From the NCBI GenBank assembly GCA_964019335.1, contig OZ025659.1, forward strand, positions 757,063 to 821,062: 64,000 nt of DNA, written 5' to 3'. Positions 33,927 to 44,098 of this stretch are shown piece after piece. Position 1 is the first letter of the stretch, and every line of letters begins with the position of its first letter. Origin of the DNA: Diplonema japonicum (taxonomy: Eukaryota > Protista > Euglenozoa: Diplonemea). The position numbers were made by a program, and so were the translations under genes. The notes below the pieces were generated by a model. That model was not told the origin of the DNA, searched no databases, and saw nothing but the letters and a program-made list of their open reading frames with translations.

Positions 33927-35202
33927 ATGAACAAAGCAACATGCACGGGGTGCGGCAAGGACGCACCAACTATGCAATGCCCTCAGTGCAGGGAGCTCGG
34001 ATTGCCACCGGCATACTTCTGCGCCCAGGACTGCTTCAAGAAGAGCTGGGGCACACACAAAAAAGAACACAAAAAAGCACCGGAGGCCAGCATCCCCACT
34101 ATGAGTGCTGAGCAGATGTTGTTATTCGACTTCAGGGGTGATTTGAGGCCCGGGAAGATTACACCGATGAGAAAGGTGCCAAAAACCATTCCCAGGCCTG
34201 ACTACGCCGACCACCCGCAGGGACACAGTCTGTCAGAACAGAAGGACACTAGCCAGAAGGCGGTCCGTATTAGGGGCGAGGATCTCGTGGGGCTCAAGAA
34301 GGTTTGCAAGCTTGCAAGAGAGGTGCTGGACATTGCATGTGCCGCCGTGAAGCCCGGTATCACTGGTGATGAGATCGATAAGATCGTACACGACGCGTGT
34401 GTGGCCAGGGAGTCTTACCCTTCACCGTTGAACTACTTTGGGTTCCCTAAATCAGTTTGCACCAGGTATGTTTTTTAATGGTACAGCATGTCATGCAGCA
34501 TCAATGAAATCATCTGCCATGGGATCCCCGATTCGCGACCCCTCGAAGAGGGCGACATTGTGAACATCGATGTGACCCTCTTCCACGGTATGACATGTGT
34601 CGTGTGTTACTTCTTACGCAGGCGGTTTCCATGGTGATCTCAACGAGACGGTGTTTGTGGGCAAACCCAGCGCAGAGTCGAAGAAACTGGTCATCGCAGC
34701 TTACGAGTGTCTGTGGGAGGGTATTAACAGCGTCAAACCTGGTGCTTTCTACCGAAACGTGGGCACCACGATCGACATCAGGGCCAAGCAGGACAACCTC
34801 AGTGTCGTGAAAACATACTGTGGACACGGCATCCACAAGCTCTTCCACACTGCCCCAAATGTACCGCATTACGCAAAAAACAAGGCAGTTGGTGTGATGG
34901 AAACTGGCCATGCCTTCACCATCGAGCCCATGATCAACGTGGGTGAGTACGGCGATGTGCTGTGGCCCGACAACTGGACCAGCTCGACCACTGACGGGAA
35001 GAGGTCTGCGCAGTTCGAGGAGACTTTGTACGTTGTTGACGATGGTATGTTTTGACATCTGCAAGCTTATAACTTCACAGGTGTCGAAGTCCTCACCATG
35101 CGTGAAAACCCAAAGCCACACTTCGCCCGCCAGCTTGATGAATGGGGTGTTCCTTATGAAATCAAGGTGGGGCCAGGCGGCTCTGACCCGAGGTGGCAGT
35201 AA
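33927..35202 (+). CDS. METAP1: Methionine aminopeptidase 1; introns 34466-34498, 34588-34621, 35045-35080
   Basis: N-terminal C6H2 zinc finger; FPKSVCTSINE, HGDLNET, GHGIH, FTIEPM, SAQFE. Confidence 0.95.
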
Positions 35203-35293
35203 ATCTCAGTTTTTCTTTTTTTTTCTTAGTGTATCAGTTATAGTCTTTTTCATTGATTCTTGCATTTATTTTCAAGAGGTCACAGGATGGAGA

Positions 35294-36231
35294 ATGGGAG
35301 GGTGCCTTAGTAGGATCCTGATAAGAGATGAGCGCCTGGGTCGTGCGGTGTGGTTGTTTCGCGAGGGTGGGGTGATGCTGTCGCCTTACTGGTGGGCTGC
35401 GGCTCTTACCTTTCAGCTTCCTTTGATTACTACAGTTGTATTCTGCAGGTGCACTCCTGCAAGGCACCACAAAGTGGTGGTGGCGGGGTCTGCTACGCTG
35501 CTGTTGGCTGTAGGATATTTTCAGGTAATGGTAAGCACCTCTGATCCTGGAATCATACCTCGAAGTGATGGGGAGGAGGAGGGGCAGAACGAACGCGTTG
35601 GGGAGCGCGTGATGGGTCTTATCGTGCAGCCCCGTGACCAGGTTGTGCAGACAGGTAAAGGCCCGCTTGTCTATAGATGGTGTCGTACGTGCAAGATCCA
35701 TCGCCCTCCGCGTGCGTCGCACTGTGACACGCTCGATTGCTGTGTTGCTGACTATGATCACTTCTGCCCAGTGGTAGGTTCCTGCATTGCGCAACGGACA
35801 CTGAGGTACTTCGTCGGGTTCCTCTCTTCTTGCGCGCTTCTTGCTTCGTGGACTGGGGGGTGCACCTATTACCTCATGAAGACATCGTGCGGACCTTCAG
35901 GACCTTACTATTCTGCCTTCAGAGAAAAAGAAAGAATGTGCGCCGCAGCTTCGATTGGGTGTGGTGCGGGCTTCTGGACAGGCGTCATGTCGATTTTTTA
36001 CTTTTAGTATGCCACACACCAATCACACACATCTCAGCTTGATATGCACTGAGCACACGAAACGTGAGGACGTGCGCGGGCTGCCGAACCCCTATGCCGA
36101 AAAGGAGGTATGCGTCTGGTAAAACTACAGCAACACAGTGGACGTTGACGGGTAGCTTACGCGCCATACGATCAGCACTTTGTGGTTTCTTGCCTTCGAG
36201 CAAGGTGCAATTCACAGCAGATTCCTCATAG
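35294..36231 (+). CDS. DHHC-family palmitoyltransferase (DHFC variant); introns 36007-36037 and 36108-36138
   Basis: DPGIIP and WCRTCKIHRPPRASHC..CVADYDHFCPVVGSCI. Confidence 0.85.
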
Positions 36232-36324
36232 ACCTGACACGCAATGCGGTTTAGTTTCTTTCGATCGTTACTTCTACCGCTCGATTCTACTTGGCGATGT
36301 ATACAGGTGACATAACATTGCAAA

Positions 36325-37950
36325 ATGGAACATTGGAAACTAGGATTTGAAGATAAAGGGACGTATATTGAACCAATGGCTCTCCCCACAGAAAACGGAC
36401 ATGTCAATAAGGAAAAGTGGGTTGCAGACAGGCTGGCGGCCAGGGAGAGTATACCGCACAATTCAAATCACTATGCAGTGCTTGAAACGATCGAAGGCGT
36501 GTCACCAGCACTTGTGGTAAATAAGTTGGTTGGTGTGTACTTGGAGCTGATCAGCAGCAAGCCCACGTTGTTTCACAGGAAGCAGCAGCTGTGCATAGCA
36601 CAAATTAGCAACCTGTTCGGATGCGCCCGCCTTCCCTGTGATACTAGTGATATAGACAACATACACATCTTCCACGCTTCTCAGCATATAACCGTACTAT
36701 GCAACGGGTCGCTCTTTGAAGTTCAGGTAATCCAAGACGGTAAGCCTGTTCCCACGGAGCAACTTCAACAAGCACTTGAGAAAGCCGAGACGATTGCAGA
36801 GGAGAACAAGACTACCGGTCTTGGAGAAGGGGGCGAGCTGGCCTACTTCACGATGCTTCCGCGTGGTGATTGGAGAGCACTACGCACAGAGCTCCAGAAA
36901 GACATCAGAAATCGAACGGTACTCAAGTGTGTGGAGTCCTCGCTATTCGTGCTAGGGTTAGACGCTGTGCCCGAGGGGCATGATTGGTCTAGCACATGCT
37001 ATGCCGGTGATGGAGTGTCGCGCTGGTACGATCAGTGCTTCAATGTCTCGGTGCACGATGGTTCTGTGGCTTTGATCCTAGAGGAGTCCTGCTGCGATAG
37101 TGTTGCTCTCTCATGGCTGGCGAACAAATTGTATTCTCTGTTGAAACCGCTACAGGAAATGTCTGAAGTAGTTAAAGGGATGGAAATAGCAGATCAACAA
37201 GTGCAATCTCAGGAAGATAAAATAGCACAAACAGCGAAAGAAGGCGTACTGCGCCACCACTCAGGCTCATTGAAAGATCCCATGCTTAGTCGCTATCCGC
37301 CATTAGCATTACACAAGGCGTTGTGCACACGGAGTATCCGGGCTATCGAGACGCCCTCATTCGCAAGCCTGCTGTACAGACTGGACATCGACTACGACGC
37401 ATTGGTGATGGTTAGCGGTGCTCTTGCTTTCTACAGGTGCACCAAAACCACTCCCAATGCAGCGCATACCGTTGGCCTTCACTCATTTGCTGGGGGGAGG
37501 AACATGGTCCGCCAGCCAGTGGCCACCAGTGAATGCGTCGCGTTTCTCAAGGCGATTTGCAAGGATGACCCAGAAAGGATCCACACCAAGCATCAAGTTA
37601 AGAAAGTGCTACTCAATGCCCTCGATGCAGCTCGAGAGGATAAACAAAAAGCCGCCCAGGGTTCCTTACTCAACTGCAAGGACGGCCATGCCCTGCACTA
37701 CTCGGCAGAGCGGATTTGGAAGCCCAACCCAAAGCCGCGAAAGACATACAACATCTTCGGTAATCCCAGCCCTAATTCCGACCTGCATTTCACCTACCAC
37801 ATCTGCTGCCACCCGAACACTTTTTGTTTTACTTGGGAACGGCCAGACTTTGCTGTGTTCCCTGAGAAGTTTAAGGAAGTATGTGACAAAGACACAAAAG
37901 AAATCACACGCCACAGTGCCTCATCGAATGCGTTGGCATGCTGTAGTTGA
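36325..37950 (+). CDS. Choline/carnitine acyltransferase-like protein, probably catalytically degenerate
   Basis: NLFGCARLP, SLFVLGLD, SRWYD and FAGGR motifs; EHSxxD replaced by EESCCD; 3' end uncertain. Confidence 0.72.
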   Translation: MEHWKLGFEDKGTYIEPMALPTENGHVNKEKWVADRLAARESIPHNSNHYAVLETIEGVSPALVVNKLVGVYLELISSKPTLFHRKQQLCIAQISNLFGCARLPCDTSDIDNIHIFHASQHITVLCNGSLFEVQVIQDGKPVPTEQLQQALEKAETIAEENKTTGLGEGGELAYFTMLPRGDWRALRTELQKDIRNRTVLKCVESSLFVLGLDAVPEGHDWSSTCYAGDGVSRWYDQCFNVSVHDGSVALILEESCCDSVALSWLANKLYSLLKPLQEMSEVVKGMEIADQQVQSQEDKIAQTAKEGVLRHHSGSLKDPMLSRYPPLALHKALCTRSIRAIETPSFASLLYRLDIDYDALVMVSGALAFYRCTKTTPNAAHTVGLHSFAGGRNMVRQPVATSECVAFLKAICKDDPERIHTKHQVKKVLLNALDAAREDKQKAAQGSLLNCKDGHALHYSAERIWKPNPKPRKTYNIFGNPSPNSDLHFTYHICCHPNTFCFTWERPDFAVFPEKFKEVCDKDTKEITRHSASSNALACCS

Positions 37951-38006
37951 CACTCCTATGTATATTTACAAGCTAGTGTACTGTGATGATTCACACTCCT
38001 ACAGAA

Positions 38007-41000
38007 ATGGGGGAAGGCGAAGGGGGTGCAAGCTGGGAGGGGGCAACAATGAGCGACACAGGGAGTAGCTGTGCGGAGGTTGCAGTAAATCCTTTGAGCG
38101 AACTAAGGCGAGAGTTGGTCAATGGCCCTGTGTTCCATCCGTTGGAAGAGCTTGAGCAGGAAACTGTTGCTGAAAAGTTAGTATTTGACAGAATGCATGT
38201 GGATGACATCAAGAGACTCGGGGACGAGCGGGCGAAAGCAAGGCAAGATGAAGAAATGCAACAACTGCTGGCCCATCGTGATAAGTTAGAAGCCATCAGA
38301 AGGTCAAAGGAAGCCAGCTTGTTACGTGCAAGAGACGAAAACAAGAAGAGACTGGAAAAAGAACAGCAACGTTTCCGTGATGCTGTTATCCGACGCAACG
38401 TAGTGAGGCACAATGTGGACGCCTACTTTCAGCAGTCGCATGAGAAGTTGAAGACATTTGTCAAAACAAGGAAGTCGCAAGTTACTCACAAATACGGTGA
38501 AATGACGACAAGCGCAGCGCAGCAATTTGAGTTAGACAAAATAGACTGGGACTCTATTCCACAGCAGGTAGAAGTACACATCAGTTCAGTGCGAGGTCTG
38601 AAAGACAAGATACCGAAAGGCGACTATGTTATGCTTGTTTCAAAGTACTCACAATTAGGAGGAGAACCATTCAAATGGAGTCTGCGTGACCCTAACGGTT
38701 CTGCACCCCCTGCTTGTCCATTCCATGAACACGGGGACCCTAGAAAAGCGGACTGCGAGGTGTGCCGGGGCTGGGTCGGTTCTACGACTCCCGTCAAGCA
38801 TAGGAGCCGCTACCACGACGTCGACTTGCCACTCGACACTTCCATCTACACCTTTTTCCCCCCAAGGAAGACGATCAAGCCGTACGCAGCTTTTATCTTC
38901 GAGCTCGTGAGGCTTCCTGATAAACCATCAGAACTTCCTCAAACTGTAGGTTGGGGTGCATTTCCAGTTATCAACGGTAGATTTTCGGTGATCAAGGGTA
39001 AGTTCAAAACACCCCTCTTGAGAGGTGGTGTGGACAGCAGTGTTGAGCACTACACTAAGGTCGAAGACATTGTTGCAGAAGACATTGAGAACTGGCTAGG
39101 GAACATCTACTTTGATGTCGTGCCGCACCCCAGGGAATGCGACGGGAAAGGGGAGTTCGATATCGAAGCCACCACGAATGCTAAAAGGCTTGGGGTTGGT
39201 GAGTATGAAGAAAGTGAAGTCCCAATCAACAGGGGAGAAACCATGGTTGTAGGTGGCATGAAAACCCTTGGTCGGAACCTGGCTTCCATGGCGTACATGG
39301 GAAAGTCCTTCAAGAAGGCCGAGATGACTCCTAAGAGGCGCAGGTCATCATCCACCGATGTCGGACTTGCAAAGAACACAAGCTGGAGCTTTGGATTAGG
39401 TGCCACAAGGACACTGTCTATGAACTCGATGCCGATCGTGAGCAGGCGAAGGAAGTCTTCGATAGCGTTCGTGGATGAAACAGGCGACTCTGACGACGAC
39501 GACGAAGATGACGATGACAAGGGCGTTGCGGGTTTTGGGAGACTGCGCTCGAAGCACATGTCAATGCACAAACTCCTCGAGAAACCGACAAGTGACGACA
39601 ACAGCGCAGATGACGTGGACAGTAACGATGCCAGTAGTGGCGGTGACTCCGACAACGAAATGCTTGCCTGCGGAGATGTGACGGACCAGGAACAGGGCGA
39701 GCTCCTGTTTGATTTGATAGACCAAGACAACGATGGAGTGCTCTCGAGGGACGAGCTGCATATGTACCTCGTGAACTATCCTGAAGTCAAGGAAAAGCTG
39801 AGTATCTCGAACCTTGCTGAGTTCTTTGACAAACTGGACGCTGACTCAGACGGCAGGATCAGCAAGAGCGAGTTTGCTGCTATGTGGGCCGCCATGGCTT
39901 CAGGAGCAGCAGACATGTTCGGCTTCCGCGATAAAGAAAATGTGCAGGAAGATTCTTATGAACTAGTTTCGAAGAAGAAGACGCTTGGCAAAAGCTTCAG
40001 GCAAGTGGCAGAGACACTAGGTACTGGGACAGGAACATCGACAGCAAAGGGGAAGCTGTTCAATGCGTTGGATAACATTGCTAAGAACAAAAAAAGCAAG
40101 AGACGAGTATTGGTGGAAAGAGGTGAAAAATGGGGCCAGTATACCACTGAGATTAATGACACTTCATTCTTGTCGGGTGAGTCTGCGTCGTGGTCGCTGC
40201 AGCTCCAGTATTGCTGGAGGGGCATCCTCGATGAGCTGAACCTTAAGAATCCAGGAGAGCTGAAATTTTGGTTCGTAATTCTTGTCTTCCTTATAGCGCT
40301 CTACAGCCAGTTGTATGTCCATGGAATTGGGCAGTACTGTGCAGCCTTTGTGTTGGGGCTACCTACTGCCAACATCGACCCCAAGTGGTACGGGCTGATC
40401 GTTGAGTACGACAGTAACCACACGTCTGCTTTCCAAGAGCTTTTTATTGTACTCATTTCTATGACGATGAACATAGGTGTCATAGCAATGCTAATCGCCT
40501 TCAGCACTGGTATCAAAGTTGCTACAGGTGGGTTACCACAGCAGACGTCGAAATTCGTGTACTGCTTGTCGCTGGCTTACCTGGTATTCCCTTTCCTTCA
40601 TCTGGGGATCGACCTGTGGGGCGGCTACTCCGGCAATCACTCGGACATTATGCGGCTGATAGACTTCTACAACGCCAACCAGTACGAGTCCTTCTTTGGG
40701 ATATCCACGTTTGCAACACTCTACTTGAATATCTCTGCGGTGGTGGGAGTGATGAACTACTTGTACACCATGCGCGTGCACTTGAATGGTATTCTGCAGG
40801 ACTGCTTCTGGAGGATTAACGTTGTCAATGAGAGGAACTTTTTTGTCCCACTGGACTTAGAAGTATCAAAGAAGGAGCTGGAGTACGTGTGCAGAAAGTC
40901 AGAGATGTGGAGAGGAAGGAACGGTGAACGCCGAAAGACCAAGTCCTCGTTGCTCGTCACCACGGTATGCTCCAGCACCATTGCTCACTATCGCAGGATG

Positions 41001-41297
41001 ACGCCGACTGCGACTACTTGAGTAAGCAAATGCATATTGAGATTTACACCCTATTCCCACCCGAACAGGTATGCCAGCGGAACATCATTATATTAACAGT
41101 TACCGCCTGGAGTCAAGCAGCCAAAGAAAATCTTCAGAGAATTCTATGTGATGTCCGACGGTGCCATCGTGGAGGCCCGCAAGAATCGTCTCCCGATAGC
41201 TGTCTCATCAGTTGTTGAGGCCATACAGCAAGACGCGTTGGAGGTAGCTAAAGTGTTTAAAAGAAGAAGTACAGCCGTGCAGCCCACCATATGCTGA
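38007..41297 (+). CDS. Large protein resembling OFCC1-like flagellate proteins, with an EF-hand pair and C-terminal TMs; introns 40965-40996 and 41069-41099
   Basis: PQQVEVHISSVRGLKDKIPKG, VGWGAFP and GKFKTPLLRG; EF-hands DQDNDGVLSRDE and DADSDGRISKSE. Confidence 0.75.
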
Positions 41298-41820
41298 TGC
41301 ACAAGCGCATTAAAGCATTAAGGGCGTTTCATGCGAACATACATCCTAGTATTTGTTTAGTTAGTTATTATGTTTTGACATGCTTTATGAGACCATTCAC
41401 AAGTGCACAGCAGGGAAGATGAGATTTAAAGAATACATGGGAGTTTGATTTGGTAGTAAGGTGTCCGGCTGATATCTTCTTACCTGCAGAGACTTCGGAA
41501 AGCACTTCTGTAATAATAGTTATAAATGAACCACTGACGTGCGAAGCAAAGGCTGGGGTGTGGGACAGAATAGGTGAACCGAAGTGAAGGGGCGGGGAAA
41601 GGTGAAGACAGAAGTGTTGGGGTGCACGACAGGGTAATAATGGGAAACACAGGGGGGGGAGGGTTCACTAGTACTCTTTGTTGGAAGATAGAAGATCCAA
41701 GAGTACTGTGCAGGGGATGGTAGCTGGACCTACACAGCATACCTGGAGATATCTACTGGACGTGCAAAGAGTATGAATCTGTATGAAAGGAAACGATGTA
41801 CGCTACGGCAATTTTACGAA

Positions 41821-41831
41821 GGTTCAATTTC
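41821..41831 (+). promoter_or_regulatory. B-box-like element at about -120 of U1
   Basis: GGTTCAATTTC; same spacing as GGTTCAATTCC upstream of U2. Confidence 0.55.
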
Positions 41832-41939
41832 ACGTTTCTTTGGGTTTCCTTTGTTGTAATCGAAAATGTGTGCATAACCTGTGGCAAAGATCTTGGGTTG
41901 GGATTTCTGATAAGATAGCCTTCCTTGTTTCTTGGGAAG

Positions 41940-42099
41940 GTACATACCTGATTGGTGTCTGGCCTGATCAAGTAGGGTGCCGACATATCAACGGTCCTTG
42001 CATTGCACTTCGCTTGGAACGTTGGTAGGGGCTGGGCTTGCCTGGCTTCCACAATGAAATTTTTGGTAGCGGTGGTGCTGCGCTTGCGCAAACCCACCT
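41940..42099 (+). ncRNA. U1: U1 snRNA (variant 5' end GUACAUACCUG)
   Basis: 5' ACATACCTG; 70K loop GATCAAGTAG; U1A loop ATTGCACTTC; Sm site AATTTTTGG; 3' hairpin with TGCGC-TT-GCGCA; about 160 nt; T-run follows. Confidence 0.9.
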
Positions 42100-43786
42100 T
42101 TCTTTTTTTTGTTTTGTTTTTCTCAAACATTTGACGTTGCCCAGCCTCCTGAGATGCGTTATAACATGTGAGTAAGAAAATGAGTATAATTCTTTACTTG
42201 AGGGCACAAATTCCGACAGATCCTGTTGTGATATTTGTACCGCGTACTGTGAAAAGAAATAAAAGATTTGAAAACTAAAAGTGTGAAAACAACAAAGTGT
42301 GCTGATGCGCGCTCACGGTGCGTCATCTGCCCGTCCCAGAGCACATTCCTTCAGTAATCGAAGATTGCTAATCAAGATGAGAGGACGCAGAGAGAGGGGA
42401 GCGAGAGGGAGGCCCTGGTGCAGGCGGTCTCCGTCACGAGGGCGGAGTCCCTAGGGATGATGGCGGCCAGGCTAGCCCGGCAGGAGGAGGCGCAGGCTCA
42501 GCAGCGAGGCCCGCACGCAGCAGATCCTGCGCAAGATGGAAGATGATTTATTGAGGCTAGAAAGGGAGTCTTACCGAGAACGAGGACAGCGAGGTACGAT
42601 ACGAGCTAGAGAGGTACGTCCAGTACCACAGGCAAACGGAGGTCCACAAACACGAAGTGGATTCGACGGTGGCCTGTCTTGTCCTGCAGTTGGGTTTGAT
42701 TAGAGAGATCGGTACACTTCCCGCGTCGCAGCATACGGTCAACGCAATGTCAAAGGTCACGGCGACGATCAGGTACCTCCTGGAAAGGTTGGAAGTCCGG
42801 ATCACCGGTCTGGAAGACGGTTATCTAGCCGTTCAGGAGTAAACAAGAGCGACGCTCAAAGGCGAGGAAATGAGCGGAGGACAAACTCAAGGAGGCTTGT
42901 TTTTCTTCCTGTTTAAAGAGAGGTGGACGACCAACAGCACAAAAACGACGCGGAATCAGGTTTTCTGTTAGCATACTGATCTTTCCAGTCTGATATGCTG
43001 GAGGTCGGTACCAGAGTCAAAGTTACTCGGTACTGTACTGTCCTGTGAAATAAAATAACCACTGGATTTGCTGAAAAAAGAACTTTCCAAGGTTTTGAAC
43101 CCCTGCTGCGATGACACGTCTTGCATTAGGCCACGGAATGGATATGTTTCGTTTTCTTTCACAAACCGCTTACAAAAAGAAAATAAGCCGTGATTGGGAG
43201 ACGAAGTAAGCAACGGCCCACCGCAGTGCGTGTCCTGGGGGTGCCGCCCCCCCCCCCCCGAAAAAAACGTCCCGAAGTAAACCCAACTTCCGGTCCTTTG
43301 CTTTATTTGAATCGAGGTATTTAAGGGGTCGAATATACACACACACATGAATGTAAGCCCACCCGTGTGTGTGGTGGCTGCCCATTCTAACTTACAATCA
43401 TTTCAGCTACCTCCCTGTGGTGGTCCTGGGCAACGTGCACGGCTAAGAGCTTCCCTCTTGTTGTGTGGGGTGGGAGCGAAGACGGTCTGTTTGGCACAAG
43501 CTGCCATCGGGGCACTGGGAGCAGGGGTGCGGTGGAGCGGAGCCAGGGAGCGTTCGTGCTGATCCCCCGACCGGCCCTATCCCCTTCCTCTCACGAGCAG
43601 GCCCTGTCGCTCCATCACGCTGGCTGACGCCAGCACCGACGCCGACGACAACCGGGGCCCTCGACATGGGCAACTTAAAAGAGTAGAGTCATCTTTCCCC
43701 CCATTTATTCCCAAAACCTCAGGTCTTTTCTGTTTCTATTCCTCCATTTTCCCCTTTTGTCCCCTGCACTTCTCCAACTCATAGTG

Positions 43787-43797
43787 GGTTCAATTCC
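43787..43797 (+). promoter_or_regulatory. B-box-like element at about -120 of U2
   Basis: GGTTCAATTCC matches the GGTTCRANNCC consensus. Confidence 0.6.
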
Positions 43798-43907
43798 AGT
43801 TGGTTCTTGTTCTCGTGTTGCGGATCGTGGTGTCCCCCATGGTTAATGGGCAAGTAAAAGGAAAGGGTTTTTATTGTTGTTTTGGTGTTGCCTTATTCTG
43901 AGAGGGC

Positions 43908-44098
43908 ATACCTTCTCGGCCTTTTGGCTAAGATCAAGTGTAGTATCTGTTCTTATCAGCTTAATATCTGATACAGCACCTCGTGTGCTGCGATATTAAA
44001 CTAATTTGTCGTTGGGGGTGGCAGGTAGCTCAGGGCAACCTGAGTCTGTCCACAGGTGTTGCCCTGGAGCTGCACAACATCCAGGAGTGGCACACCCT
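43908..44098 (+). ncRNA. U2: U2 snRNA
   Basis: ATACCTTCTCGGCCTTTTGGCTAAGATCAAGTGTAGTATCTGTTCTTATCAG; 3' stem-loops; T-run terminator at about 44106-44111. Confidence 0.97.

Larger units (their letters stand above)
41821..42184 (+). repeat. 364-bp duplicated U1 cassette, copy 1
   Basis: Direct repeat of 52115-52478; one substitution seen, in the 3' flank. Confidence 0.95.

Noticed and set aside
41472-41530. TTCTTACCTG resembling a canonical U1 5' end
   Set aside because: No 70K loop, U1A loop or Sm site downstream
41753-42130. Minus-strand ORFs over the repeat (also 52101-52424)
   Set aside because: Antisense to U1 snRNA, no protein motifs
43347-43368. RNase MRP CR-V-like GGGCTTAC on the - strand
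   Set aside because: No matching GAAAGUCCC CR-I partner; lies outside the closing stem
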